35,843 bases of DNA from a virus (lineage: Duplodnaviria; Caudoviricetes). Below are positions 1 to 9,981 of the stretch, one piece after another (the stretch's first letter is position 1; each line of letters opens with the position of its first letter). The stretch lies in IMG/VR virus record IMGVR_UViG_3300025943_000008, positions 1 to 35,843 of that record, one strand, 5' to 3'. The position numbers were made by a program, and so were the translations under genes. Below the pieces are notes generated by a model. The model worked only from the letters and a program-made list of their open reading frames with translations. It was not told the origin of the DNA and did no database searches.

Positions 1-8
1 GGTGCGCA

Positions 9-590
9 ATGAAAGAAATCATTACTGATTTATTGCTGAATGTAACGCGCGATGGAGTAGTTGCGCTGACAAATTGGTTGAACAACGAAACTGATTTTTT
101 TACGGCACCAGCGTCAACACGTTTTCACGGATCATTTAAAGGCGGGTTGTCGGAACATTCGTATAATGTTTACAATTGCCTGAAAGAAATCGATTTGATG
201 CCGTCATTTTTGCAAAAAAGATTTGATATAGAATCTATTATTCTTGTTTCGTTGCTTCATGATATTTGCAAAACTAATTTTTACAAAACATCAATGCGAA
301 ACAAAAAAAATGAACATGGGGTATGGATACAAGTTCCGTTTTACGAGGTCGAAGACACTCACCCATACGGTCACGGCGAATGTTCTGTAATGTTGATCGA
401 AAAATTTATAAAATTGACAGATGAAGAGCGTTACGCGATACGGTGGCATATGGGCGGTTTTGATGACTCAGCGCGTGGCGGATCATATGCCATAACAAAA
501 GCATTTGAAAAATATCCGCTTGCATTAGCGTTACACATGGCCGACATGATGGCAACATATATAATGGATAAACGGAGCGAAGAACAATGA
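9..590 (+). CDS. HD-domain phosphohydrolase
   Basis: H..HD..H..H..D pattern: EHSYNV, LLHDICK, GHGE, RWHMG, HMAD. Confidence 0.85.
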   Translation: MKEIITDLLLNVTRDGVVALTNWLNNETDFFTAPASTRFHGSFKGGLSEHSYNVYNCLKEIDLMPSFLQKRFDIESIILVSLLHDICKTNFYKTSMRNKKNEHGVWIQVPFYEVEDTHPYGHGECSVMLIEKFIKLTDEERYAIRWHMGGFDDSARGGSYAITKAFEKYPLALALHMADMMATYIMDKRSEEQ

Positions 591-724
591 AAAAAGTAAA
601 AATCACATTTGAAATGACGGTCGATGACGATATCTCCGAGGATCGATTCAAAAAACAACTACTGTTTTTTTTGGATCACGGTTGCCGCAATGTCGAAAAT
701 CTTACTATTGAGGATGTAAAATAA
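587..724 (+). CDS. Small hypothetical protein (45 aa, MKKVKITFEMTVDDD...), not in the ORF track
   Basis: ATGA overlap with the HD gene stop and TAATG overlap with the next start; fills the gap exactly. Confidence 0.7.
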   Translation: MKKVKITFEMTVDDDISEDRFKKQLLFFLDHGCRNVENLTIEDVK

Positions 725-1011
725 TGGCTAAAAAAATTTATGATCTATGTGTTGCCGTCGGAAAATATCAGAAAGACGGGCAAGAAAAAACTCGGTACGA
801 AAATATCGGAACCGTATTGCAAAAAGATGACGGCGGTAAATTTATCGTTTTGAAACGCACGTTTAACCCCGCCGGTGTACCGAATCCCGACAATAAAGAC
901 TCGATCCTGGTTTCATTGTTTGGCGAAAAACATAACGATCCGGCACCACAGACGCCGCAAAAATCGCTAAATAATTCAGAACATTTTGACGATACCAATA
1001 TACCGTGGTAG
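724..1011 (+). CDS. Putative single-stranded DNA-binding protein
   Basis: Short beta-rich core (GKYQKDGQEKTRYENIG), low-complexity linker, acidic C-tail ending DDTNIPW as in SSB tips; replication context. Confidence 0.6.
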   Translation: MAKKIYDLCVAVGKYQKDGQEKTRYENIGTVLQKDDGGKFIVLKRTFNPAGVPNPDNKDSILVSLFGEKHNDPAPQTPQKSLNNSEHFDDTNIPW

Positions 1012-1020
1012 GATAAAAAA

Positions 1021-1662
1021 ATGACACGAAAAAAAATAATCAATAGATTAAAACGTAAAATGCGAATACCAACATGGCTTATGATCTTGATGTTTTTGAT
1101 GTCATGGGCGTCTACGATTACGATATTCTTGGCGGGTGCGCAGATAAGAAACATGCAGGACCGCATCGATAAGCAGCAAAAAATAATCCGACAAGAATAC
1201 AATATTTTACATACACAATATCCGAATCTTACCTACAAAAAATATTGCATCATCAAAGATTCTTGCAAAAAATATGAGGCTGAAATTTTCAGAAGGTCAC
1301 ATTGCCAAATAAAACCAGACGTTAAGCTAGTTTGTAGCGTAATAAAGGAGGAATCTGACTTTTTATCAACTGCCGTTTCAAAATCTGGGGCCGTGGGCGA
1401 TATGCAACTTATGCCGTGCACTGCAAAATATTTACATGTGACTGACCGAACCGATCCGAAACAAAATATTGACGGTGGAATCAGACATTTATATTTTACC
1501 TGTTTGCCAAAATCCGGAAACGACATGCAGAGAGCTATTGAATTGTATAACTGCGGCCAAAACAAAAAATATGAAGATATACCGGACGAATCAAAACGTT
1601 ATGCGTCGCGTTGTATGCGCAATTATGAAAGATCGACTGGATATATGTTGGCGATGTTATAA
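1021..1662 (+). CDS. Membrane-anchored lytic transglycosylase (SLT/GH23-like)
   Basis: Basic N-terminus plus hydrophobic segment; EES, AVSKSGAVGDMQLMP, DPKQNIDGG and YNCG motifs of SLT domains. Confidence 0.85.
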   Translation: MTRKKIINRLKRKMRIPTWLMILMFLMSWASTITIFLAGAQIRNMQDRIDKQQKIIRQEYNILHTQYPNLTYKKYCIIKDSCKKYEAEIFRRSHCQIKPDVKLVCSVIKEESDFLSTAVSKSGAVGDMQLMPCTAKYLHVTDRTDPKQNIDGGIRHLYFTCLPKSGNDMQRAIELYNCGQNKKYEDIPDESKRYASRCMRNYERSTGYMLAML

Positions 1663-1683
1663 TATCAGAAAGCGGCGGTATCA

Positions 1684-4359
1684 ATGTCTAACGATTGCAA
1701 TCAATACAAGCGTCGCCTCCGTGAATTTTTACAAAAACGCGGCGTAGAATATAAAGCATCTACAAAAACATGGCGATGTCCCAATCATAACGATGCTGAC
1801 CCCTCGGCAACGTTATACGATAAACAGGACATCCCCATGTTTTATTGTCCCGTCTGCGAACAATCATGGACGGTGATCGACCTTGCCGGGATTATGGACG
1901 GCGTGACTGAGACAAAAGATAAAATTGAAGCGGTGAAAAAAACGTTGGGCATTGTTGACGACAAATACCCCCCCGAATCTGTCAAAAATCGTGACAAATA
2001 CCAACCTGAATCTGTCAAAACAAATGCCGTGCCGCTCACTCTCGAACAAGCTCGCGAGATATATCAAAAATCGGAGATCCAGAAAGTCGCGGACAAATCG
2101 GGATGGGGTCAGATAGTTAAATCATGGCCATATCATGATCAACATGGAAACATCATTGCGATGGATGTTCGGTTTGAAAATGAAAAAGGGAAACAGGTCG
2201 TCACATGGTATTACAACGGGAAAACGATCGCAACAAAAAATTATCCAAAATTGATATACAATTTGGCCGATGCCATGTCAACCGAGAAACCATTATTGAT
2301 TGTCGAGGGTGCCAAATGTGCGGAGATCGCGCGCGCGCTGAATTATTTTTGTCCGGTGTCATGGAACGGAGGATCTGGCAAGGCCCATTTGATAGATTGG
2401 TCTGTATTTGCTGATCGCGAAATATTTATTTTGCCGGACAATGATGATCCAGGTATTCGCGCTGCAAAAAAAATTAAAGAGCAATTGCCGCAAGCTAAAA
2501 TAATTAAACCAGTTACCAACGGCAAAGGCGATGACATCGAACAATTTTTACAGATTATGACGCAGGAAGAATTAACAAAAGCCATATTGGACCCGCGAAA
2601 TATCCTAAACGATTCCGGCGTGGAGTCGGTCGACCAGGCACCCATCCACGAAGGACCGCCGCCCCTTCAGGGTGACGCGACCGACTCCACGTCCGAGCCG
2701 TTTAAGATTTTAGGGATTGGTGATGATGGTCGCGCGAATTTTATTGATCATTCCGGACGATTGCAAAATGAAAAATTGACAGCAGTTTCAAAAAACTTTT
2801 TGCGCGTGCTGGCGCCTGAAACAATATATTGGTCGCATTATTATGATACATATAAAAAAGAGGGATGGGAAAAGGCGGTAGGCGATATCGTTTTATTATC
2901 TCAGAGAAAAGATTTTGATCGCAACATTCTGCGCGGTCGCGGGGCATGGCGTGACGGTGACAAGGTTTGTTATTTTGACGGCAAAAAAATTACAGGCGAG
3001 ACAACGGAAAAATATCAATACGCGAAAAGCCGACAGGTGGATATCGGGATAAATGATGAACCGATCGCTGAATCAATAATTCATGAACTCAGAAATTTAC
3101 TTTTTAAAATTTCATTTGAAACAAAAGCCGACGCGGTCCGTTGTATGGGGTGGGCTACACTTGCGCCTTTTGCCGGTGCGTTAAAATTTCGTCCGTCGAT
3201 ATTATTGACGGGCCCATCTGGCTCGGGCAAAACAACGGTGCAACAAATATTTATCCGGCAGTTATCAGCTTGTGAATGGTTGGATATGAAGGAGTCATCG
3301 ACCGCCGGTGTGCGGTCACTCATCGGGATACATTCTCGTTGCGTGGTTTTTGATGAAGCGGAAAAAACTACCGAGAAAATGAAAATGAACATGGATGATA
3401 TCTTGTCATTTATGCGATCCAATTTCACAATCGATGCACCTGACGCCGTGAAGGGCACAAAAGAAGGCGGGTGGGTCAATTATAAATTGAATTCGATGTT
3501 CGGACTTGCCGCAATTGATCCAACCATAGAAAAAGTAGCGGATGAGAACAGGATATTTAGAATCAATTTTATAAAAGCGCAAAATCAATATGAATGGAAT
3601 GATATTGAAAAACGATTAACCGAATTGTTATGCGACAAAAATTGTCGCGCGATACGTGCGTACGCGTGGAAAAATTTTAAACGCATGGAAGAATTGACCG
3701 AGCGCGTCGCAAAAATGATTATGGATAAAACGGGACGCGGGTTGCGAAAATCATATTCTGACGCCATGCTTGCATCGGCATTTATTATTGTCTGGAATCA
3801 TATTGAAAATCCGAGTGGTGAACAAATAAACGAAATGCTGGATAAATATTACGAACTGCAACCGATGAGCGAAACTCGCGACGAATCTGAGGAGTTTATT
3901 GACCGTTATCTGGACGAAATTGTAGAGGTAATATATGACGGTCGCCGCGAAAAAATCACATTGCGGGAATGTCTGACACGCGAATATATCGGCGAAATAA
4001 ATGACGGGGTTGATTTCAAGATCATCACGGATGAACATCGCGCGGCATATAGACAGACAGCCGGGAGATATGGCGTGAGATTGTTAGATGGTGGATTGAT
4101 CGGTATCGCATCTAAACATCATGAGGTTATGCGGATCATGCAATGCAGTAATGGGTACTCACAGATTTTAAAACGTCATCCCGGATATATTAAGCACATC
4201 AAAAAAGACGGGACGTGTGAAAATGATAAACCGATGGCATTTGCGGACGGATCGACGAAACGCGCGATAATGTTAAATGGGATTATGAAGAAAAAACAGG
4301 GCGACAAAACACAAATGGAATTATTGGATGAGACTATGTTCGGGGCGGCTGAAATATGA
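1684..4359 (+). CDS. DNA primase-helicase (Zn-binding + TOPRIM + P-loop NTPase)
   Basis: CPNH...CPVC Zn motif; VEGAK and LPDND TOPRIM motifs; Walker A GPSGSGKT and Walker B VVFDE. Confidence 0.88.
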   Translation: MSNDCNQYKRRLREFLQKRGVEYKASTKTWRCPNHNDADPSATLYDKQDIPMFYCPVCEQSWTVIDLAGIMDGVTETKDKIEAVKKTLGIVDDKYPPESVKNRDKYQPESVKTNAVPLTLEQAREIYQKSEIQKVADKSGWGQIVKSWPYHDQHGNIIAMDVRFENEKGKQVVTWYYNGKTIATKNYPKLIYNLADAMSTEKPLLIVEGAKCAEIARALNYFCPVSWNGGSGKAHLIDWSVFADREIFILPDNDDPGIRAAKKIKEQLPQAKIIKPVTNGKGDDIEQFLQIMTQEELTKAILDPRNILNDSGVESVDQAPIHEGPPPLQGDATDSTSEPFKILGIGDDGRANFIDHSGRLQNEKLTAVSKNFLRVLAPETIYWSHYYDTYKKEGWEKAVGDIVLLSQRKDFDRNILRGRGAWRDGDKVCYFDGKKITGETTEKYQYAKSRQVDIGINDEPIAESIIHELRNLLFKISFETKADAVRCMGWATLAPFAGALKFRPSILLTGPSGSGKTTVQQIFIRQLSACEWLDMKESSTAGVRSLIGIHSRCVVFDEAEKTTEKMKMNMDDILSFMRSNFTIDAPDAVKGTKEGGWVNYKLNSMFGLAAIDPTIEKVADENRIFRINFIKAQNQYEWNDIEKRLTELLCDKNCRAIRAYAWKNFKRMEELTERVAKMIMDKTGRGLRKSYSDAMLASAFIIVWNHIENPSGEQINEMLDKYYELQPMSETRDESEEFIDRYLDEIVEVIYDGRREKITLRECLTREYIGEINDGVDFKIITDEHRAAYRQTAGRYGVRLLDGGLIGIASKHHEVMRIMQCSNGYSQILKRHPGYIKHIKKDGTCENDKPMAFADGSTKRAIMLNGIMKKKQGDKTQMELLDETMFGAAEI
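1960..2020. repeat. Tandem direct repeat, 2 x 28 bp, period 33 bp, inside the primase gene
   Basis: 1960-1987 vs 1993-2020 match at 25/28 (gacaaatacc..gaatctgtcaaaa); encode DKYPPESVK / DKYQPESVK. Confidence 0.9.
2617..2693. repeat. GC-rich inverted repeat / long hairpin inside the primase-helicase linker
   Basis: cgtggagtcggtcg (2619-2632) is the exact reverse complement of cgaccgactccacg (2678-2691); inner stems caccc/gggtg and gaagg/ccttc. Confidence 0.9.
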
Positions 4360-5972
4360 TCCAAGCACTCCGCACATATCAACAGGATATATATAATCGC
4401 GCGCGCAATGCGCTCGGCAACAATCGCGCGGTATGTGTACAGCTATGTACGGGCGGCGGCAAAACTCCGATCATGGCGGCAATGTGCGAATCGGTATTGT
4501 CAAAAGATAAACGAGCCTGGATTATCGTTAATCGCAAAGAATTGATCGCACAAGCATCAAAACATCTTGTAAAATGGGGGGTGCAACATGGAACGATCGC
4601 GCCTAATATGCATGAATCCCGCGCATTTAAAATCCACATTGTGAGCAAGGATACCCTTATCCGCCGGTATGACAAAATCAAGAACTGGCCCGATCTGTTG
4701 ATATTTGACGAATGCCATTTATATCTTGATCGGCAAATTGAAATTGTATCGCATTTACCAGAACAATCAAAAATAATCGGAATGACGGCAACGCCTGAAA
4801 GATTGGATCAACGCGGATTGTCTACGCGCGCAGGCGGAGTGTACGACGAATTGATCGAGGGTCCATCTATACCGTGGCTTACAGATAACGGATTTTTGAC
4901 ACCGCTTCGATATTTTTCGCCGCCTATCGAAGGGTTAGACGACATCCATAGACGCGGAACTGACTACGACGAGGAAGAACTTGAGGCATTGCTGCAACGA
5001 CGAAAGATTTATGGCGAGCTTGTTGGCCATTACGAAAAATACGGCAAGGGCAAACCGGCATTGATATTTTGCCGATCAGTAAAATCGGCATATCAGACAG
5101 CTGAACGATTTAGAGATAAGGGATTTAAATTTTATGCGATACATAGCGCAACGAATGAACATCCCATGACTGCCGCAAAAAGAAAAGAGCTCATTGATGC
5201 CCTTACCGCTGGTTCAATCGACGGACTGACGAATTGTGAAATCGCAACATACGGTCTCGACATTCCACGCGTTGAATATGGAGCAAGCATTCGCCCGACA
5301 TTATCCAGGGCATTATATTTCCAGATGATCGGCAGAATTTTGCGTCCATTCACCGATCCCGTCACCGGCTATAAAAAAGAAGATGCTCTATTTTTTGACC
5401 ACGTCAATCTTGTGCTTGAACATCAGGAACCGAGTTATCCGGGAATCCCGCCGCACTACGTACCGCGAATTGAATGGAATTTTAACGGCACAGAAAAACG
5501 GTCACGCGATAAAAAAGAGACTAACGTTGTATTATGTCCTCATCTTGATTTTATGTATTGCGCAAAACCGCATTGCAAAACATGTCAACATAATCCTGAT
5601 AAATCGATATCAGATGCGCGTAAACCGATGGTCGTGATCCCGGCTGAACTTGTCGAGGTGGAAAAACCGAAGGGATTATCGGAACTACCTTATGAAGAAC
5701 GTCGTGAGATACAAGATAGAATCGGTGCGGCCGTTTTGGAATTTGACAACGCGGCAAAGCTCGGAAATATTTTACCTGGACCAGTGGGCGAATTATTGGC
5801 GATTGCTGATCAATGCGGCTACAAAGAATTATGGGTGTATCACAAATTAACGAGAGAAAATAGATTGACAATTAACGTTTCGTTGCTATATGAAATAGCT
5901 CGGCAACGTGGCTACCGTCCGGGATGGGCATATTTTACGATGAAAAAATTAAAAGAGAAGGTGGGCGCATGA
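4356..5972 (+). CDS. Superfamily 2 DEAD/DEAH-type helicase (RadD/YejH-like) with C-terminal Cys cluster
   Basis: TGGGKT, DECH, TATP, YGLDIP and QMIGRILR motifs. Confidence 0.9.
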   Translation: MIQALRTYQQDIYNRARNALGNNRAVCVQLCTGGGKTPIMAAMCESVLSKDKRAWIIVNRKELIAQASKHLVKWGVQHGTIAPNMHESRAFKIHIVSKDTLIRRYDKIKNWPDLLIFDECHLYLDRQIEIVSHLPEQSKIIGMTATPERLDQRGLSTRAGGVYDELIEGPSIPWLTDNGFLTPLRYFSPPIEGLDDIHRRGTDYDEEELEALLQRRKIYGELVGHYEKYGKGKPALIFCRSVKSAYQTAERFRDKGFKFYAIHSATNEHPMTAAKRKELIDALTAGSIDGLTNCEIATYGLDIPRVEYGASIRPTLSRALYFQMIGRILRPFTDPVTGYKKEDALFFDHVNLVLEHQEPSYPGIPPHYVPRIEWNFNGTEKRSRDKKETNVVLCPHLDFMYCAKPHCKTCQHNPDKSISDARKPMVVIPAELVEVEKPKGLSELPYEERREIQDRIGAAVLEFDNAAKLGNILPGPVGELLAIADQCGYKELWVYHKLTRENRLTINVSLLYEIARQRGYRPGWAYFTMKKLKEKVGA

Positions 5973-6232
5973 CCAGCACAGAGCGAATGCGGATATGGAG
6001 ATCACAACAACCGAAAAGGAAATGTAAAGAACTTGATTGCCATAACAAGGCAGAATTCAGATCACAATATTGCGCCGAATGCTCAGTTATACGGAGGCAA
6101 TTAAAACAAGATATTTATCGATATGACTGGAAAAAAAGAAATCCTAAAAAAGTTAGAGCAGATTATGAAAAACACAATATGATTAAATCATTACGGCGAG
6201 GTGCAAGATTGATTTTCGGAATTACCAATTAA
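5969..6232 (+). CDS. Basic Cys-containing hypothetical protein (possible Zn finger)
   Basis: ATGA overlap at 5969; CKELDC...CAEC motif. Confidence 0.6.
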   Translation: MTSTERMRIWRSQQPKRKCKELDCHNKAEFRSQYCAECSVIRRQLKQDIYRYDWKKRNPKKVRADYEKHNMIKSLRRGARLIFGITN

Positions 6233-6246
6233 AGGCGGTTTGCGGC

Positions 6247-7629
6247 ATGGATGATTATTATAATTTTTTACAAAACAAAACACAATTGTCGGGCAAATAT
6301 GGATTTGATCCAATAATATTACCTGAATTTTTATTTGATTTTCAGAAATCACTCATCGAATGGTCATTGCAAAAAGGTCGTGCGGCAATATTCGCCGATT
6401 GTGGCCTTGGAAAATCTCCGATGGAATTGATTTGGGCACAAAATATTGTAGAAAAAACAAACGGTAATGTATTATTTTTAACACCTATTGCCGTAGGTAT
6501 TCAAATGCAAAAAGAAGCGGATAAGTTTGGCGTAGAGGCCCATCGGTCCAGAGATGGTGAAATACACGGCAAAATAACTATCACTAATTATGAAATGCTC
6601 CATCACTTTAATCCTTGCGATTTTGCCGGGATGATATGCGATGAATCGTCTATTCTAAAAAATTTTAACGGAAAATATAAACATGAAATAAATATTTTTA
6701 TGCGTAAAATTCCATATAGATTACTCGCGACGGCCACCGCAGCGCCTAATGATTTTATTGAATTAGGAACATCAAGCGAGGCGCTCGGATATCTTGGATA
6801 TATGGATATGCTCGGCAAGTTTTTTAAAAATGATCAAAACAATTGCGCTACAAATAAACGTGGAAGATTTACGGAAGAAACAAAATGGAGATTAAAGGGT
6901 CACGCCCATAAATCATTCTGGAGATGGGTAACATCATGGGCGAGGGCAACGCGAAAACCATCAGACATCGGATTTTCAGATAATAATTATCATTTGCCAA
7001 AACTTATCGAAATAGATCATCTTGTCGATTGCAATGGCAGATTTATTGACGGTGTATTGCCAGGATTTGAAATGCCCGCACATGGATTAAAAGAACAACG
7101 CGACGAAAGACGATCAACGATAAAATATCGTTGTGAAAAATCGGCTGAAATAATATCAAATAAGCGCGGATTTTCTGTCGCATGGTGCAATCTTAATGAT
7201 GAAGGGGATTTATTGGAACAAATTATTCCAGATTCTATCCAGATAAGCGGTAAAGATTCGGATGATGCTAAAGAAGAAAAGTTAGTTGCATTTTCAACAG
7301 GACAAATTAAAAAACTTATTATAAAACCAAAAATAGGAGCATTCGGATTAAATTGGCAACATTGCAATCACATGACAATATTTCCCACGCATTCATACGA
7401 ACAATATTATCAAGCTGTTCGCCGTGCTTGGAGATTCGGACAAAAAAAACCAGTAACTATAGATATGATTTACACTAAAGGCGATGAAAATGTTATCGGT
7501 AACTTTAAACGAAAACAAAAACAGGCTGACGAGATGTTTGACAAACTTGTAGTAGAGATGAATAATTCGTTGCATATAAATCATGTTAAAACATTTGATA
7601 AAAAAATGGAGGTTCCATCGTGGCTATAA
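6247..7629 (+). CDS. SNF2-like helicase/ATPase associated with a DNA methylase
   Basis: DCGLGKS, DESS, TATAAPND, FGLNWQHC and QAVRRAWRFGQ motifs. Confidence 0.85.
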   Translation: MDDYYNFLQNKTQLSGKYGFDPIILPEFLFDFQKSLIEWSLQKGRAAIFADCGLGKSPMELIWAQNIVEKTNGNVLFLTPIAVGIQMQKEADKFGVEAHRSRDGEIHGKITITNYEMLHHFNPCDFAGMICDESSILKNFNGKYKHEINIFMRKIPYRLLATATAAPNDFIELGTSSEALGYLGYMDMLGKFFKNDQNNCATNKRGRFTEETKWRLKGHAHKSFWRWVTSWARATRKPSDIGFSDNNYHLPKLIEIDHLVDCNGRFIDGVLPGFEMPAHGLKEQRDERRSTIKYRCEKSAEIISNKRGFSVAWCNLNDEGDLLEQIIPDSIQISGKDSDDAKEEKLVAFSTGQIKKLIIKPKIGAFGLNWQHCNHMTIFPTHSYEQYYQAVRRAWRFGQKKPVTIDMIYTKGDENVIGNFKRKQKQADEMFDKLVVEMNNSLHINHVKTFDKKMEVPSWL

Positions 7630-8609
7630 AAGATCAAATTATCGGTAAAAATTATGCATTATATAATGGCGATTGTATCGAGGTTATGCGGGATATGAAA
7701 GATGAATCAATTCATTTTTCGATATATTCCCCTCCATTTTGCGGGTTATATCATTATTCGTCATCGGAAAGAGATTTATCAAATTGTGATAGTTATGATG
7801 ATTTTTTTGTACATTACAGATTTGTAGTGCGCGAGATATCAAGATTAACCAAAATGGGCCGATGCACCGCTGTGCATTGTATGGATGTCCCTTCCAGCAA
7901 TTCGGGTTGTGATAATTTGGTTGATTTCCCCGGTGATATAATCAGACTACATGAACAGGAAGGATTAAAATATATTGCGCGTCATTGTATTTGGAAAGAA
8001 CCATTGACGGTTAGAAATAGGACCATGCAAAAAAATCTTGCGCATAAAACCATTGTTGATGATTCTATAAAATGCGGAGTCGCATCGGCCGATTATTTAT
8101 TGATATTCAGAAAAACGGGAGACAATGAAACGCCGGTATCGCATCCATCAGGATTACAGTATTATGCGGGTGAAAGAAAAATTCCAGAGGAGTTATTATC
8201 ATTTAAAAATTATAAGGGCAAACAGACAGAAAATAGATATTCGCATTGGATATGGAGACAATATGCGTCTTCATTTTGGGATGATATCAGGCTTGATAAT
8301 GTTTTACCATATCGCGAGGCGAGAACAGAAGACGATGAAAAACATGTTCATCCATTACAACTTGATGTTATCGATAGAGCGATAATTTTACGCACAAATC
8401 CGGGTGAAATAGTTTTTACTCCGTTTATGGGCGTTGGATCAGAAGTATATGTTGCAGTAAAAACAAAACGGAAGGGAATTGGGGTTGAGCTTAAAGAATC
8501 ATATTATCAACAATCAATAAAAAATGTTGAAAGCGCAAAAGATGATGACTCAGAAGACATTACGCTTTTTGAATCAGAACAACAGAATGAATCAGACGGT
8601 ATAATATAG
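7620..8609 (+). CDS. DNA amino-methyltransferase (N4-C/N6-A, beta order)
   Basis: GDC start, catalytic SPPF near the N-terminus, SAM-binding TPFMGVGS and GVELK near the C-terminus. Confidence 0.9.
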   Translation: MAIKDQIIGKNYALYNGDCIEVMRDMKDESIHFSIYSPPFCGLYHYSSSERDLSNCDSYDDFFVHYRFVVREISRLTKMGRCTAVHCMDVPSSNSGCDNLVDFPGDIIRLHEQEGLKYIARHCIWKEPLTVRNRTMQKNLAHKTIVDDSIKCGVASADYLLIFRKTGDNETPVSHPSGLQYYAGERKIPEELLSFKNYKGKQTENRYSHWIWRQYASSFWDDIRLDNVLPYREARTEDDEKHVHPLQLDVIDRAIILRTNPGEIVFTPFMGVGSEVYVAVKTKRKGIGVELKESYYQQSIKNVESAKDDDSEDITLFESEQQNESDGII

Positions 8610-8620
8610 TGAGGCATAAA

Positions 8621-8968
8621 ATGAAACGTGTATATGTCGCAGGTGCATACTCAGCGGATAACGTGATCGATGTATTAAAAAATATTGGTCGCGGTGAACA
8701 TTGGGCCGCTGTAATATTTATGCACGGATTTGCTCCATTTTGTCCATGGCATGACAAGCAATTTGTTACGGATAATTATAATCATGATTTTACCGTGGAT
8801 CAATTTTATGAATATTCAATAGCATGGCTCAAAGTGTCAGAGGCCCTGTTTCTTGTTCCGGGATGGGGGAAAAGCAAAGGGACATTAAAGGAAATAGAAA
8901 TATCAAAAGAAATGGGAATACCGATATTTGATTCATTTGAATCCCTCATTACATGGGGTAAACAATAA
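8621..8968 (+). CDS. Nucleoside 2-deoxyribosyltransferase-like (DUF4406/DUF1937-type) protein
   Basis: VYVAGAYS...PGWGKSKGTLKE...GIPIF pattern; ATG 8621 preceded by GAGG. Confidence 0.7.
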   Translation: MKRVYVAGAYSADNVIDVLKNIGRGEHWAAVIFMHGFAPFCPWHDKQFVTDNYNHDFTVDQFYEYSIAWLKVSEALFLVPGWGKSKGTLKEIEISKEMGIPIFDSFESLITWGKQ

Positions 8969-9807
8969 TGCAAGCATTTACACTACGTCAAGATTATTCA
9001 AAACAAAAAGAATTTTACTATTTTCTTTGTTCTGATTTGCATTTTGGAAACAAGGGTCAAGACAAGGAAAAATTAAAACATGATTTTGATGAAGCCAAAA
9101 AGTTAAACGCAAAAATATTTATCAACGGCGATTGGGGCGAATTTATCATGTCGGGGGATATGAAGCGGTATCATCCATCGTCTGACGCGTATGGAACAGA
9201 TAATAATATCAACATGACGATAAACGAGGCGTATGATTTTTTATCTGATTATGTCGAAAATATTGTAATGATCGGGACCGGAAACCATGAATCATCGGTG
9301 AGCCGGTTTCATCATTTCGACGCAACACAACAATTGATATATTCGCTCAATAAAGAACATGGCACGAAAATAATTCACGGGCAATATTCCGGATATATTG
9401 TTTTGCTGTATCATCATGGCAAAAATTGCGCTGCTCGCACTTATAAAATATATTATAATCACGGGCAGGGAATGACGGCTGAAATATCAAAAGGGACTAT
9501 CGACCTATCGCGGCACATGGCAACAAAAATATCTGATCTGACATGGTTGGGTCACAAACATACCAGAGTATTGTTACCGTCCGAATTTATCCTTGATGTT
9601 GATAATGTCGGATCTATCGTATCGCGAGAACGAAAAGGACTGATAACCGCTGCATATGTCAAACCCTTTGATCAATACGACGCAATGAAAAAGGGATATC
9701 GCATAAATTACGGTGAAGAAAAAATGAGGACGTTACAATCAATGGGCGGCGCGATAATGAAACAGAATATTGTGAATCATGAAATATTGACTCAATTTAT
9801 TATGTGA
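8968..9807 (+). CDS. Calcineurin-like metallophosphoesterase
   Basis: SDLHFG, NGD, GNHE, HG and GHKH motifs. Confidence 0.85.
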   Translation: MQAFTLRQDYSKQKEFYYFLCSDLHFGNKGQDKEKLKHDFDEAKKLNAKIFINGDWGEFIMSGDMKRYHPSSDAYGTDNNINMTINEAYDFLSDYVENIVMIGTGNHESSVSRFHHFDATQQLIYSLNKEHGTKIIHGQYSGYIVLLYHHGKNCAARTYKIYYNHGQGMTAEISKGTIDLSRHMATKISDLTWLGHKHTRVLLPSEFILDVDNVGSIVSRERKGLITAAYVKPFDQYDAMKKGYRINYGEEKMRTLQSMGGAIMKQNIVNHEILTQFIM

Positions 9808-9813
9808 GGTGTT

Positions 9814-9981
9814 ATGAGCTGTAAACAAGATAAAAAAATCAGGCGGCAAGTGAGAAAAGAATCAAATAAAATTAAATGCGTGGGGTTGGATGAATTCCTT
9901 GCGTTTGTGCGCGGTCATGGATTTTTTGGACGTGTTAAAATTTGTTTAATGATCGCATTTAATAAGGCGATTGTGAAATGA
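9814..9981 (+). CDS. Small basic hypothetical protein (55 aa, MSCKQDKKIRRQ...), not in the ORF track
   Basis: GAGGTG SD upstream; ATGA overlap with the C5-MTase start. Confidence 0.7.
   Translation: MSCKQDKKIRRQVRKESNKIKCVGLDEFLAFVRGHGFFGRVKICLMIAFNKAIVK

Noticed and set aside
9-590. HD protein as a DatZ-type dATPase of a 2-aminoadenine (Z-DNA) pathway
   Set aside because: No PurZ, MazZ or DNA polymerase in the window; generic HD motifs only.
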